A stretch of DNA of 63,584 nt, the filler included, from Coriobacteriales bacterium (GTDB lineage: Bacteria; Actinomycetota; Coriobacteriia; Coriobacteriales; UBA8131): assembly GCA_031263105.1 (NCBI GenBank). It is 7 parts of 7 records of this genome, joined end to end, with 100 filler letters (N's around TTAATTAATTAA, not from the genome) between each part and the next. Parts side by side here need not be neighbours in the genome. Positions count along the whole stretch, not along the records: positions 50,389 to 57,625 come from JAISGJ010000088.1; positions 57,726 to 60,844 come from JAISGJ010000006.1; positions 60,945 to 63,584 come from JAISGJ010000145.1; 4 more parts are not named here. One strand, given 5' to 3'. This document shows positions 55,633-63,584 of this stretch, piece by piece (the stretch's first letter is position 1; each line of letters begins with the position of its first letter). A program made the position numbers and the translations under genes. The notes under the pieces are model-generated. The model did no database searches and was not told where the DNA came from. It was given only the letters and a program-made list of their open reading frames with translations.

Positions 55633-57138
55633 CTACGTGGACTCCCGGATGCGGGCTTTGAGTTTGCGGAACTCGATGAGCATGAGGATGCCGCAGGTGA
55701 CGATGCTCAGGATGTCGGCGACGGGGTAGGCGTAGTAGACGCCGTCGAGCGGGGTGAGCGTGGGGAAGATGTGCGTGATGACCTTGGGGAGCAGGTAGAT
55801 GAGCGGGATGAGGTAGAGGATCTGGCGCGTCGTCGAGAGTATCATCGACTTGAGGGGCTGGCCGCTCGATTGGAAGTACTGGACGGCGACCACCTGGAGG
55901 CCGATGAGCGGCATCATGAACACCTGCACCTTGAGCGCGCCGACGGTAAAGGCGAGCAGGTCGTCCTCCACCCCGAAAAGCATCACGATCGGGCCTGGGA
56001 CGAGGTGCACCAGGACCCAGAAGAAGATGCCGATGGCCGTGACCCAGACCATCGCGATCTTGAAGGTCGCTATCACGCGGCGGTAGTTCTTCGCGCCGTA
56101 GTTGTAGCCGAACAGGGGCTGTGCCGCCATCGCGACGCCGAGGATGGGGAAGAAGGCGAACATCGCAACGCGGCCGACGAGGCCGATGGCGGCGAGCGCC
56201 CCGACGGAGCCTATGACGTGCTCCGCCCCGAGGGACTCCAGCTGGCCGTTGAGGACGAAGTTGATCACCGCGTTCGCGATCTGAAGCACGAAGGGCGCCG
56301 AGCCAAGGGCGAGGATGCCCCTGACGATGCGCCAGTCGAGCTTGAGGTTCGGGATGCGCAGCTTGAAGGGCGCCTTGCGCGAGAACGCGAAGTACCAGAA
56401 CACCAGCACGGCGCTGACGCCCTGGCCGATGACGGTCGCCCAGGCGGAGCCCGCTATGCCCCAGCCGAGCACCATGACGAACAGCCAGTTGAGCACGATG
56501 CAGACCGCCGTGCCCGCGACCATGGTGTAGAGCGCGCGCCCGGGGTCGCCCGCCGTGCGGATGAAGTTGTTGAAGCCCATGCCGATGAACTGCAGGAACA
56601 TGCCGCCGCCGATGATGCTCAGGAACACGTGGGCCGAGTCGCGCGTCTCGACGTTCGCCCCCGAGAGCGTAAGGACCGGGTCCATGAAGAGGAAGAGGGC
56701 GGCCGTGCACAGCAGGGAGGCGATGATGGTGAGCGAGAAGGTGACGCCCACGATCCGCTCGGCCTCGTCCCGCTTGCCGGCGCCGAGGCGCAGGGCCGTC
56801 AGCGCGTTGCCCCCCTGTCCGACGAGGATGGCGATGCCCATGCCGACGATCATGATGGGCAGCGCGATGGTCGCCGTGGCAAGGCCGATCGGGCCGACGC
56901 CGTGGCCCAGAAAGATGGAGTCGATGATGTTGTACAGCCCATTGACCACGAGGCCGATGATGGAGGGGATGGCGAACTCCCTCATGAGCCTCGTGACCTT
57001 TGCCGTTCCGAGGCGGTCGACCCGCGCTATGGCGTCCTGTGCCGGTTGCCCCTGTGCCGCCGCCTGTGCCGGCTCCGCCGCCGTCGGGCGCTGGGCGCGC
57101 TCGGGCTGCGGGGTGCTGTTCTGCTCGTCAGTTGCTAT
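55633..57138 (-). CDS. MATE family efflux transporter (MepA-like)
   Basis: FAIPSIIGLVVNGLYNIIDSIFLG, GIAGSAWATVIGQ, QPLFGYNYGA; start uncertain (ATA at 57138 after AGGAGG, or ATG at 57186). Confidence 0.9.
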   Translation of the reverse strand: MATDEQNSTPQPERAQRPTAAEPAQAAAQGQPAQDAIARVDRLGTAKVTRLMREFAIPSIIGLVVNGLYNIIDSIFLGHGVGPIGLATATIALPIMIVGMGIAILVGQGGNALTALRLGAGKRDEAERIVGVTFSLTIIASLLCTAALFLFMDPVLTLSGANVETRDSAHVFLSIIGGGMFLQFIGMGFNNFIRTAGDPGRALYTMVAGTAVCIVLNWLFVMVLGWGIAGSAWATVIGQGVSAVLVFWYFAFSRKAPFKLRIPNLKLDWRIVRGILALGSAPFVLQIANAVINFVLNGQLESLGAEHVIGSVGALAAIGLVGRVAMFAFFPILGVAMAAQPLFGYNYGAKNYRRVIATFKIAMVWVTAIGIFFWVLVHLVPGPIVMLFGVEDDLLAFTVGALKVQVFMMPLIGLQVVAVQYFQSSGQPLKSMILSTTRQILYLIPLIYLLPKVITHIFPTLTPLDGVYYAYPVADILSIVTCGILMLIEFRKLKARIREST

Positions 57139-57246
57139 GGTAATGCCTCCTGTGCATACATAAGGAGCGATGGCGTGCGCGGGCATGCATTGGCATGCGC
57201 GGGATGAGCCATCGTCTCCCTTGGTGTCTTCCCTTGGTATTCTACC

Positions 57247-57625
57247 CTATTTGGGCGCAGGGGGGCGCAGGGTCACTTCTCCGGCGGATACGGCGGCGGT
57301 GCCGCGAGGGCCCGCAAGCAGAAGGCGGGCATCGTCGTCGATGCCTTGGACGATGCCTTGGGCGACCTCGGTGCCTGCGGCATCGCGCACGCAGACCTGC
57401 TCCCCTAACAGCGCCATATGCTCGCGGTACTCGGGCACGAAGGGGGCGAAGGAGCGCCCGGCAGCGCACCATGCCTCGTAGCGGTCGAGCAGCGCGTCAA
57501 GGGCGGCGGCGGCGATGGCCTCAAGGCACAGCGCATGCCCCAGCTCGTCGCTCAGGTACGCCGCTCCCGCAAACGCCCCTTCGGCCGGGCGGTTCACGTT
57601 GATGCCGACGCCGATGACGAGGCCG
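57247..57625 (-). CDS. birA: biotin-protein ligase, C-terminal part (truncated by contig end)
   Basis: VIGVGINVN, GIDDDARLLL, VSAGEVTL. Confidence 0.85.
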
Positions 57626-57725
57626 NNNNNNNNNNNNNNNNNNNNNNNNNNNNNNNNNNNNNNNNNNNNTTAATTAATTAANNNNNNNNNNNNNNNNNNN
57701 NNNNNNNNNNNNNNNNNNNNNNNNN
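57626..57725. other. artificial contig linker
   Basis: N run with TTAATTAATTAA. Confidence 0.98.
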
Positions 57726-57940
57726 GCGTTTTCCGGGCGCTCGGGTTCCGTGGGCCTGTCGGCCCGTCCTCGCTGAAAACGCGGTGCGTTTTCCGGGCGC
57801 TCGGACCCAAGGATCCCTCGGCAGGCTCGGGATGACAGTGGGGCATGTCGGGATGACAGTGGGGCATGTCGGGATGACAGTGGGGCATGTCGGGATGGCA
57901 GTGGGGCATGTCGGGATGACAGTGGGGCGTGAACAGTGAC
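57726..57940. repeat. REP/MITE-like element (partial) with five 21-bp terminal tandem repeats
   Basis: Core matches 33690-33786; TCGGGATGACAGTGGGGCATG x5 at 57827-57931. Confidence 0.9.
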
Positions 57941-57981
57941 AAAAGGTCCCCTGTCAACCCTGCACCGGAAAGGATGCAGCG

Positions 57982-59178
57982 ATGGAGTTCGACACGTTCA
58001 CAAAACAGGAGGCGCTTGCGGCGCTGTTTGCCGCCTGGCAGCCCGCACGCACGGCGGAGACGGTGGGGGTGGAGGAGTGCGTCGGCCGCGTCTGCGCGTC
58101 ACGCCTGTCGTCTGTGCTCGCGCATCCTGTGGTACGGGCCTCCTGCATGGACGGCATCGCCGTGGCCTCGTCCGCCTTTGACGACGGTCGCCCGGACCTT
58201 GCGGCCTTCCGGCTTGGGGAGGACTACGTGCGCGCCGACACCGGCGACGACTTCGACGACCGCTTCGACGCGGTGGTCCGCATCGAGGACGTCACCTTCC
58301 TGGAGGGCGGCGGCATCGCGCTGCCTGACGGGCTGGAGATACGGGCCGGCATGAACGTCGAGCCGAGCGGCAGGTCGTTGGCGCCGGGGGACTTCCTGAT
58401 GGCCGCCGGCTGGCGTATCCGTCCCGAGGACCCGGCAAGCCTTGTGCGCGGCGGCATCACCGAGGTGCCGGTGGTCGCAAGGCCCCGCGTCGCCTTTATC
58501 CCCACCGGCAGCGAGCTGGTTCCTGCCGGCACCGTGCCGGGGCGCGGGCAGCAGGTGGACTGCAACTCCACGTTCGCCCGCCATGTCCTTGCCGCCTACG
58601 GTGCCGAGCCCGTGCTCTATCCGATCGTCCGCGACAAGGAGGCCGACCTGGAGGCGGCGCTGGATACGGCGCTGGCCGAGACCGACATCGTGCTCGTCAA
58701 CGGAGGCTCGTCCAAAGGCGAGGAGGACCTCAACGCGACCTTGGTCCGACAGAGGGGCGAGGTCGTCTGCCACGGGGTGCTGGCCGCGCCCGGCCGTCCG
58801 ACGCTGCTGGGCGTCATCGACGGCAGGCCCGTGGTCGTCGTGCCCGGCCCGATGGTGGGCTGCTGCTACGTCTTCGACTGGTGCATAGCGCGCATCGTCG
58901 CCCATGCCCTGGGCATCGAGCCCGAGCAGCACCGGCGCGTGCAGGCCGTGCTGACCGGCGACCTGAACTGCCCCCAGTCGCTGGAGTTCTGGAACCGCCT
59001 CGACCTGCGCCGCACCGAGGACGGCTTTGAGGCCGAGCCGCTGTCCCTCGGCAGGGGAGACGGCCTCTATCGCATCGGCGTGACCTCCGGCCAGTACATC
59101 AACCGGATAGACGAGCAGCCCCACAAGGCCGGCGAGGAGCTGACCGTGGACCTGCTCTGCGACCCCGGCTGCCTGTAG
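57982..59178 (+). CDS. moeA: molybdopterin molybdotransferase
   Basis: SCMDGIAV, DTGD..FDAVVRIED, FIPTGSEL, NGGSSKGEED, PGRPT..VPGP. Confidence 0.88.
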   Translation: MEFDTFTKQEALAALFAAWQPARTAETVGVEECVGRVCASRLSSVLAHPVVRASCMDGIAVASSAFDDGRPDLAAFRLGEDYVRADTGDDFDDRFDAVVRIEDVTFLEGGGIALPDGLEIRAGMNVEPSGRSLAPGDFLMAAGWRIRPEDPASLVRGGITEVPVVARPRVAFIPTGSELVPAGTVPGRGQQVDCNSTFARHVLAAYGAEPVLYPIVRDKEADLEAALDTALAETDIVLVNGGSSKGEEDLNATLVRQRGEVVCHGVLAAPGRPTLLGVIDGRPVVVVPGPMVGCCYVFDWCIARIVAHALGIEPEQHRRVQAVLTGDLNCPQSLEFWNRLDLRRTEDGFEAEPLSLGRGDGLYRIGVTSGQYINRIDEQPHKAGEELTVDLLCDPGCL

Positions 59179-59242
59179 GGGCGGGACGGGCGCTTGCATA
59201 AGGAACCGCCGATTAACATTCCCGCCGCTTTTTCATCGTCTT

Positions 59243-59274
59243 AGGCAGCCCGCCGAGGCGGGCTGCCCTGCTTT
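59243..59274. terminator. GC-rich hairpin, probable terminator after moeA
   Basis: GGCAGCCCGC-CGAG-GCGGGCTGCC stem-loop; weak U tail. Confidence 0.5.
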
Positions 59275-59453
59275 GGTCCCACATCACTTCCAATGCGCAG
59301 CTTAGGCAGCTGTCCCGTGCACCTTCTGCGTCCCCGTTTTGCTCTTTTGCCCTCCCGAACCATCATGAGGGCACGCCTCCTCCCTCATGTCACGTCGTGT
59401 CAAAGAGCGCAGAGCCGTCTGTCCTTCGGTTCGCCTGGGCCAGCAGGTCCGTC

Positions 59454-60563
59454 TTACCATTTCCATAACCCAAGCGGCGACTTTCCAACCAAAGATTTCC
59501 AAATCTGGTTCTCTGGGGGCGCTGCCCCAATCTTCACTATATCGACAAAACCATCTGGATGATTATCGGCATTTCCCCGTGATATTGGCCCTGAATATAG
59601 ATCTGACTTGCTCAACTCAATAACACGAGCATCGGTATCGCTAATGGAATCGCCATATCCAAAAGCGAGAATATTGACCTCATCGAGATGGTCAGATAGG
59701 TACTCGGACAAAAGTAAGGCCGTTGATTGGGAGATGTAGTCTGCCAGAACATCTTGTACCAGCCAAACCGTTTTGGCTCCCCATGCTATCCCGGCCTGCG
59801 ACTTCACGATGAGCTGGCTGACCATCCGCGCCCAAACCTGCCTGTAGTTAATGCCTGGCCCATTGTGGTTCATCCTATGCAGTATCGCGTCTTCGCAGGC
59901 CATCGCAATCTGTGTTCGTTTTGCTTTGTTGCCGCCAGTGGTGCTAGATGTCATCACCTCGATTATGATGATTGGGCCTACTGGGAAGTTGTCAACCCAG
60001 ATGCCGCCATCACGAGAAGCAAGGGTGAAGCCGTTCTTCAGCAGCAGCTTTTTCGTGTCATGCAATGTAAGCTCCAAGACGGCCGCAGCATCTTCGAGCA
60101 GCATTCTAACTGACCCGGAAATAACGTAATCGAATGTGTAGTCAAAGAATTTCGCCTCTTCCTCCTCTGTGGCGACTTCAGTTTTCATCTTCACTTCAGA
60201 CCAAATTAGGTAGTCAACTCCCTGAACTAGGTCAGCCAAGCCTGATAGTCTGCTACGCACAGTTGTCTGATATGCGCTCAGGTTGCCATGCTTGGCGGAC
60301 AGCAATCGTCGTGGACACACAATCCAAGGCTGATCGCCTTCTCGCATTTGCATTGAGCACACGCCGCATTGGATGACATCTTTGTCAGGAATCCTTGCCT
60401 AAAGTTCAGGCTTGTCCGCAAGACTTATAGCCGATTGATAGCGATTCCCGCCACCGTCACATTCAGTATCCATGAATGGGCAGCCTGCGTTTTGCAGGTT
60501 CCTTTCAGCCGTCTCGTCCCAGAGGTCAAGCCGATGGCCGAACAGCTCATATATCTTGCTCAC
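59454..60563 (-). pseudogene. NotI-family restriction endonuclease interrupted by an in-frame TAG
   Basis: GTG start after AAAGG: MSKIYELFG..CPF..CDGGGNRY..PEL*ARI..GVCS..VCPRR; TAG at 60401-60399; FDYV..IEVM nuclease-like motif downstream. Confidence 0.78.
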
Positions 60564-60844
60564 TCAGATACCTTTCTATTTGGCTTCCGACGGCATAGGC
60601 TAGAGGTGGGGGTACAGAGTTCGCCACTTGTCTGTGCTGGTCGAGGTTCTGAACAGAGCCTGTCCGGGAGCGAATTGGGCCACGCAACTCATAGTCGTCA
60701 TCATACCCATGAATCCTCATGTATTCTCTAGGGAAGCGCCGATTTATTCCCCCTGAGCGCACCGCTTGCGTCAATCGTGTTATGTGGCCCGCCTTGGCGG
60801 GCCACATTTTTTTTGATAGGCCCTGATATCGGCAAGAACATAAG
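60547..60844 (-). CDS. C5 cytosine DNA methyltransferase, C-terminal part (truncated by contig end)
   Basis: REYMRIHGYDDDY (motif IX) and QVANSVPPPLA (motif X). Confidence 0.82.
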
Positions 60845-60944
60845 NNNNNNNNNNNNNNNNNNNNNNNNNNNNNNNNNNNNNNNNNNNNTTAATTAATTAA
60901 NNNNNNNNNNNNNNNNNNNNNNNNNNNNNNNNNNNNNNNNNNNN
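60845..60944. other. artificial contig linker
   Basis: N run with TTAATTAATTAA. Confidence 0.98.
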
Positions 60945-61102
60945 GGGGGGGTCGGGGTGGCAGTGGGGACTCGGACAGTGGGGGCTCGGACAGTAACCGT
61001 GTAGGCGCCTGGCGAGTGCTTGGTTCGAGTGCAACGGCGGCCCCCAAGGGAAAGTGCGTTATAATGGTCAGGCTCTTTTGTGAAGAGACGAGAGGATAGA
61101 CC

Positions 61103-61834
61103 ATGAGTATAACCGCGTTGGAGATTCAGGAAGTACGCTTCGGTGAGGTGAAGAGGGGATACAACCCCAATGAGGTGGACGAGTTCCTGGAGCGCGTCGC
61201 AACGGATGTCGATACCCTGACCCGTGCCCTCAGCGAGGCGGCCGCCCGCATCAAGGCCGCCGAGGCACGTGCCGAGGCCGCCGAGGCGCGTGCGAGGGAT
61301 GCGGCCCCTGCAGGGGTCGGCGCCCCCGTCGTTCCCGAGGCGAGGCCCGAGTCCGATGTCTCTGCGGACGTGATCTCGAAGGCCTTCATCGCAGCCCAGA
61401 AAAGTGCGGACGCCCTGCAGGAAGAGGCCCGCAGGGAGGCCGAGAGGGTCTATCGCGAGGCCGAGGCGAAGGGCCGCGACGTCGTCCGCGACGCCCTTGC
61501 GGAGAAGCAGAAGACCCTTGCCGAGCTGGACAGGCTGCGCGAGTCCAGCGAGTCGTTCAGGACCGAGTACCTCTCCCTCCTCAAGCATTTCCAGGCGGAC
61601 GCCCAGAAGCGCCTTGCGTCCTTCGACGACATCGTCCCGCTCCGGGCCGACGACGAGGAGCCCCGCCAGGTGCAGGAGCGCCTGCTCGCCGCGAACGATG
61701 CGGCCGCCCCCGTCCCTGCGGGCGTCCGTGAGGGCCGTCCGTCCGTCGGCGCCTCCCCGGTCGCCGTGCAGCCCGGCATCCCTCCGGCGCAGCTGGAGGA
61801 GGACGACGAGCTGGACATCGAGGAGATCGACTAG
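61103..61834 (+). CDS. divIVA: DivIVA domain protein
   Basis: ITALEI...F..VKRGYNPNEVDEFLERV followed by coiled coils. Confidence 0.92.
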   Translation: MSITALEIQEVRFGEVKRGYNPNEVDEFLERVATDVDTLTRALSEAAARIKAAEARAEAAEARARDAAPAGVGAPVVPEARPESDVSADVISKAFIAAQKSADALQEEARREAERVYREAEAKGRDVVRDALAEKQKTLAELDRLRESSESFRTEYLSLLKHFQADAQKRLASFDDIVPLRADDEEPRQVQERLLAANDAAAPVPAGVREGRPSVGASPVAVQPGIPPAQLEEDDELDIEEID

Positions 61835-61882
61835 CCGGGCACGTCGGCGCCTCCCTGGGGAGGCCTGTCCCTTGGAGCAGCC

Positions 61883-62185
61883 ATGTCCGATGCCGTCCCG
61901 CTGACCCTTGCGGTCAGGGTGGTGCCGCGCTCCGGTGCCGATGCCGTCGTCGGTTGGCGCGGCGCGGGACGCGACGAGCTGGGCGTCCGGGTCACCTCTG
62001 CGCCCGAGGGCGGCAAGGCAAACGCGGCGGTCATACGGACGCTCGCACGGTCGCTGGGCATCCCCAAGAGCGCCATCAGCGTCGTGCGCGGCCATCGGTC
62101 GCGCCAGAAGCTGCTCGCCCTCACGATGGAGGAGCAGCGCTTCGAGGCATGGTGTCGCAGCCTCCCCTCCCAACCTTCTCCCTAG
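61883..62185 (+). CDS. yggU: DUF167/YggU family protein
   Basis: VRVVPRS, VRVTSAPEGGKANAA, IPKSAISVVRGHRSRQK. Confidence 0.9.
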   Translation: MSDAVPLTLAVRVVPRSGADAVVGWRGAGRDELGVRVTSAPEGGKANAAVIRTLARSLGIPKSAISVVRGHRSRQKLLALTMEEQRFEAWCRSLPSQPSP

Positions 62186-62245
62186 CCCCCGTCACACCCT
62201 TCCTGCCACGCCCACAGGGGACGGCGCAGCCGCCCGCAGGGCGAG

Positions 62246-62380
62246 GCGCATCCGCCCGCAGTCGACCGCTTGCGCGGTCGAGGATCCCTCGGCTGGCTCG
62301 GGATGACTGTGGGGCCGGGGTGACCGTGGGGCCGGGGCGGCAGTGGGGCCGGGGCGGCAGTGGGGGGTGTGGACAGCAAC
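62246..62380. repeat. REP/MITE-like half element with four degenerate 17-bp terminal repeats
   Basis: Matches the reverse complement of 28727-28790; CGGG(A/G)(T/C)G(A/G)CNGTGGGGC units; terminal CAGCAAC. Confidence 0.8.
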
Positions 62381-62513
62381 AAATTGCGTGCCACCTGGCG
62401 CACAGGCACGTAATCGGCGCTTCCCTGTCGGCGGGAATTTGCTATGATGGTGGGGCATCGGCACGGCCCGCACCGGCACGGTTCGGGCAACGTCCTTCAG
62501 GTGAGGAGCAGGC

Positions 62514-63392
62514 ATGGCCTACGATATCATTACCGATTCCTCGGCGAACCTTCCCGACAGCTACATCGAGCGTTACGGACTGTCCATCCTCTCGCTGGAG
62601 TTCATCGTCGACGGGGTGTCCTATCGCGGCTACTCGGAAGGCGAGATCACCGACAACCGGCAGTTCTATGGCATGATGCGCGAGGGCAAGGTCGTCAAGA
62701 CCTCGCTCGTGAGCCTCAGGGAGGCCGAGGCCGTGCTCCGGGGCTGCTTCGAGAAGGGCAACGACGCGCTCTTTCTGGGCTTCGACTCGGCGCTCTCCGG
62801 CACCTATGAGGCGGTCAGCACCCATATGCAGGCGATACAGGCCGCAGAGTACCCCGAGCGCAGGCTGCGCTGCGTCGACACCTTGGCCGCCGCCCTCGGC
62901 CAGGGCCTTCTGGTGGTGGAGGCCGCCAAGAAGAAGGCGGAGGGGATGGGGCTCGACGAGCTGGCCGACTGGGCGCAGGGCGACCGCCTGCACTTCTCCC
63001 ACTGGTTCACCGTCGAGGACCTCAAGTACCTGCAGCGGGGCGGGCGCGTCTCCAAGGGGGCGGCCGTCGCCGGGACCCTGCTCAACATCAAGCCCGTGCT
63101 CCATGTCGACGAAGAGGGGCACCTCGTGCCGGTCCAGAAGGTGCGCGGGCGCAAGAAGTCCCTCCAGGCCCTCTTCGAGCACTATGCGGACACGGCCCGT
63201 GAGCCGCGTGCGGAGCTTCCCATCTATATATCCCATGGCGACTGCCTCGAAGACGCCCAGTACCTCGCCGAGCTCATCAGCTCCGCATACGGCGTGACGG
63301 ACGTCGTGATAAACGACCTCGACCCCGTCATCGGCGCACACGCCGGCCCCGGCACCGTCGCGCTCTTCTTCCTCACCGACAAGGCACGGTAG
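62514..63392 (+). CDS. DegV family fatty-acid-binding protein
   Basis: IITDSSANLP, KTS, SALSGTY, YLQRGGRVS, LNIKPVL, VIGAHAGPG. Confidence 0.95.
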   Translation: MAYDIITDSSANLPDSYIERYGLSILSLEFIVDGVSYRGYSEGEITDNRQFYGMMREGKVVKTSLVSLREAEAVLRGCFEKGNDALFLGFDSALSGTYEAVSTHMQAIQAAEYPERRLRCVDTLAAALGQGLLVVEAAKKKAEGMGLDELADWAQGDRLHFSHWFTVEDLKYLQRGGRVSKGAAVAGTLLNIKPVLHVDEEGHLVPVQKVRGRKKSLQALFEHYADTAREPRAELPIYISHGDCLEDAQYLAELISSAYGVTDVVINDLDPVIGAHAGPGTVALFFLTDKAR

Positions 63393-63405
63393 CTCGGGGC
63401 AGGGT

Positions 63406-63584
63406 GTGACAGTGGGGACGGTACTGTGACAGTGTGACAGTGGGGACGGTACTGTTCGTGACAGCGTGACAGTGGGGACGGTACTGTTCGTGACAGCGTG
63501 ACAGTGGGGACGGTACTGTTCGTGACAGCGTGACAGTGGGGACGGTACTGTTCTGTCACAGCCCGCGCATGCGCGGGCTGTGAC
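63406..63584. repeat. 32-bp tandem repeat array ending in a perfect 30-bp palindrome
   Basis: GTGACAGTGGGGACGGTACTGTTCGTGACAGC x5 (first and last variant); GTCACAGCCCGCGCATGCGCGGGCTGTGAC at 63555-63584. Confidence 0.92.

Noticed and set aside
60399..60401. Pyrrolysine or recoded TAG
   Set aside because: Many ordinary genes here end in TAG, no pyl genes are visible, and the position is not a catalytic site.
17604..60944. TTAATTAATTAA motifs within N runs as biological repeats, and gene linkage across them
   Set aside because: Identical 100-nt artificial linkers joining separate contigs.

Overview
High-GC bacterial DNA, most consistent with an anaerobic Coriobacteriia (Eggerthellaceae-like) genome; this is inferred from gene content. 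The window is seven contigs joined by artificial 100-nt N linkers containing TTAATTAATTAA, so adjacency across gaps is meaningless. Contig 1: anaerobic purine/urate catabolism cluster (YheO-type regulator, ridA, dpaL, ygeY, ygeW, arcC, NCS2 permease, ygfK, ssnA, xdh, hydA) plus a GNAT toxin-antitoxin-like pair. Contig 2: class III aminotransferase-metY, flavodoxin-like protein, NotI-family R-M system, aldo/keto reductase and a DmsAB-like molybdoenzyme. Contig 3: hicAB, an LRR/InlB-B-repeat surface protein, gntR-SPFH, a TA island and a four-gene molybdoenzyme operon. Contig 4: toxin stub plus immunity-like gene, ricin-lectin glucosaminidase, MORN protein, OatA-like acyltransferase. Contig 5: HipA-like kinase, MgtE-like/NRAMP-like operon, MATE pump, partial birA. 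Contig 6: moeA and a second, amber-interrupted NotI-family R-M system. Contig 7: divIVA, yggU, DegV. The best candidate for an undescribed system is a translational attenuator upstream of the MgtE-like/NRAMP Mg2+-uptake operon: a His-rich 14-aa leader peptide followed by a perfect 10-nt anti-Shine-Dalgarno. Also notable are a REP/MITE family whose termini are locally tandem-amplified, a palindromic element translated in frame within a transporter, a shared GntR-type operator, poly-G promoter spacers, and several toxin modules that lost the toxic half.
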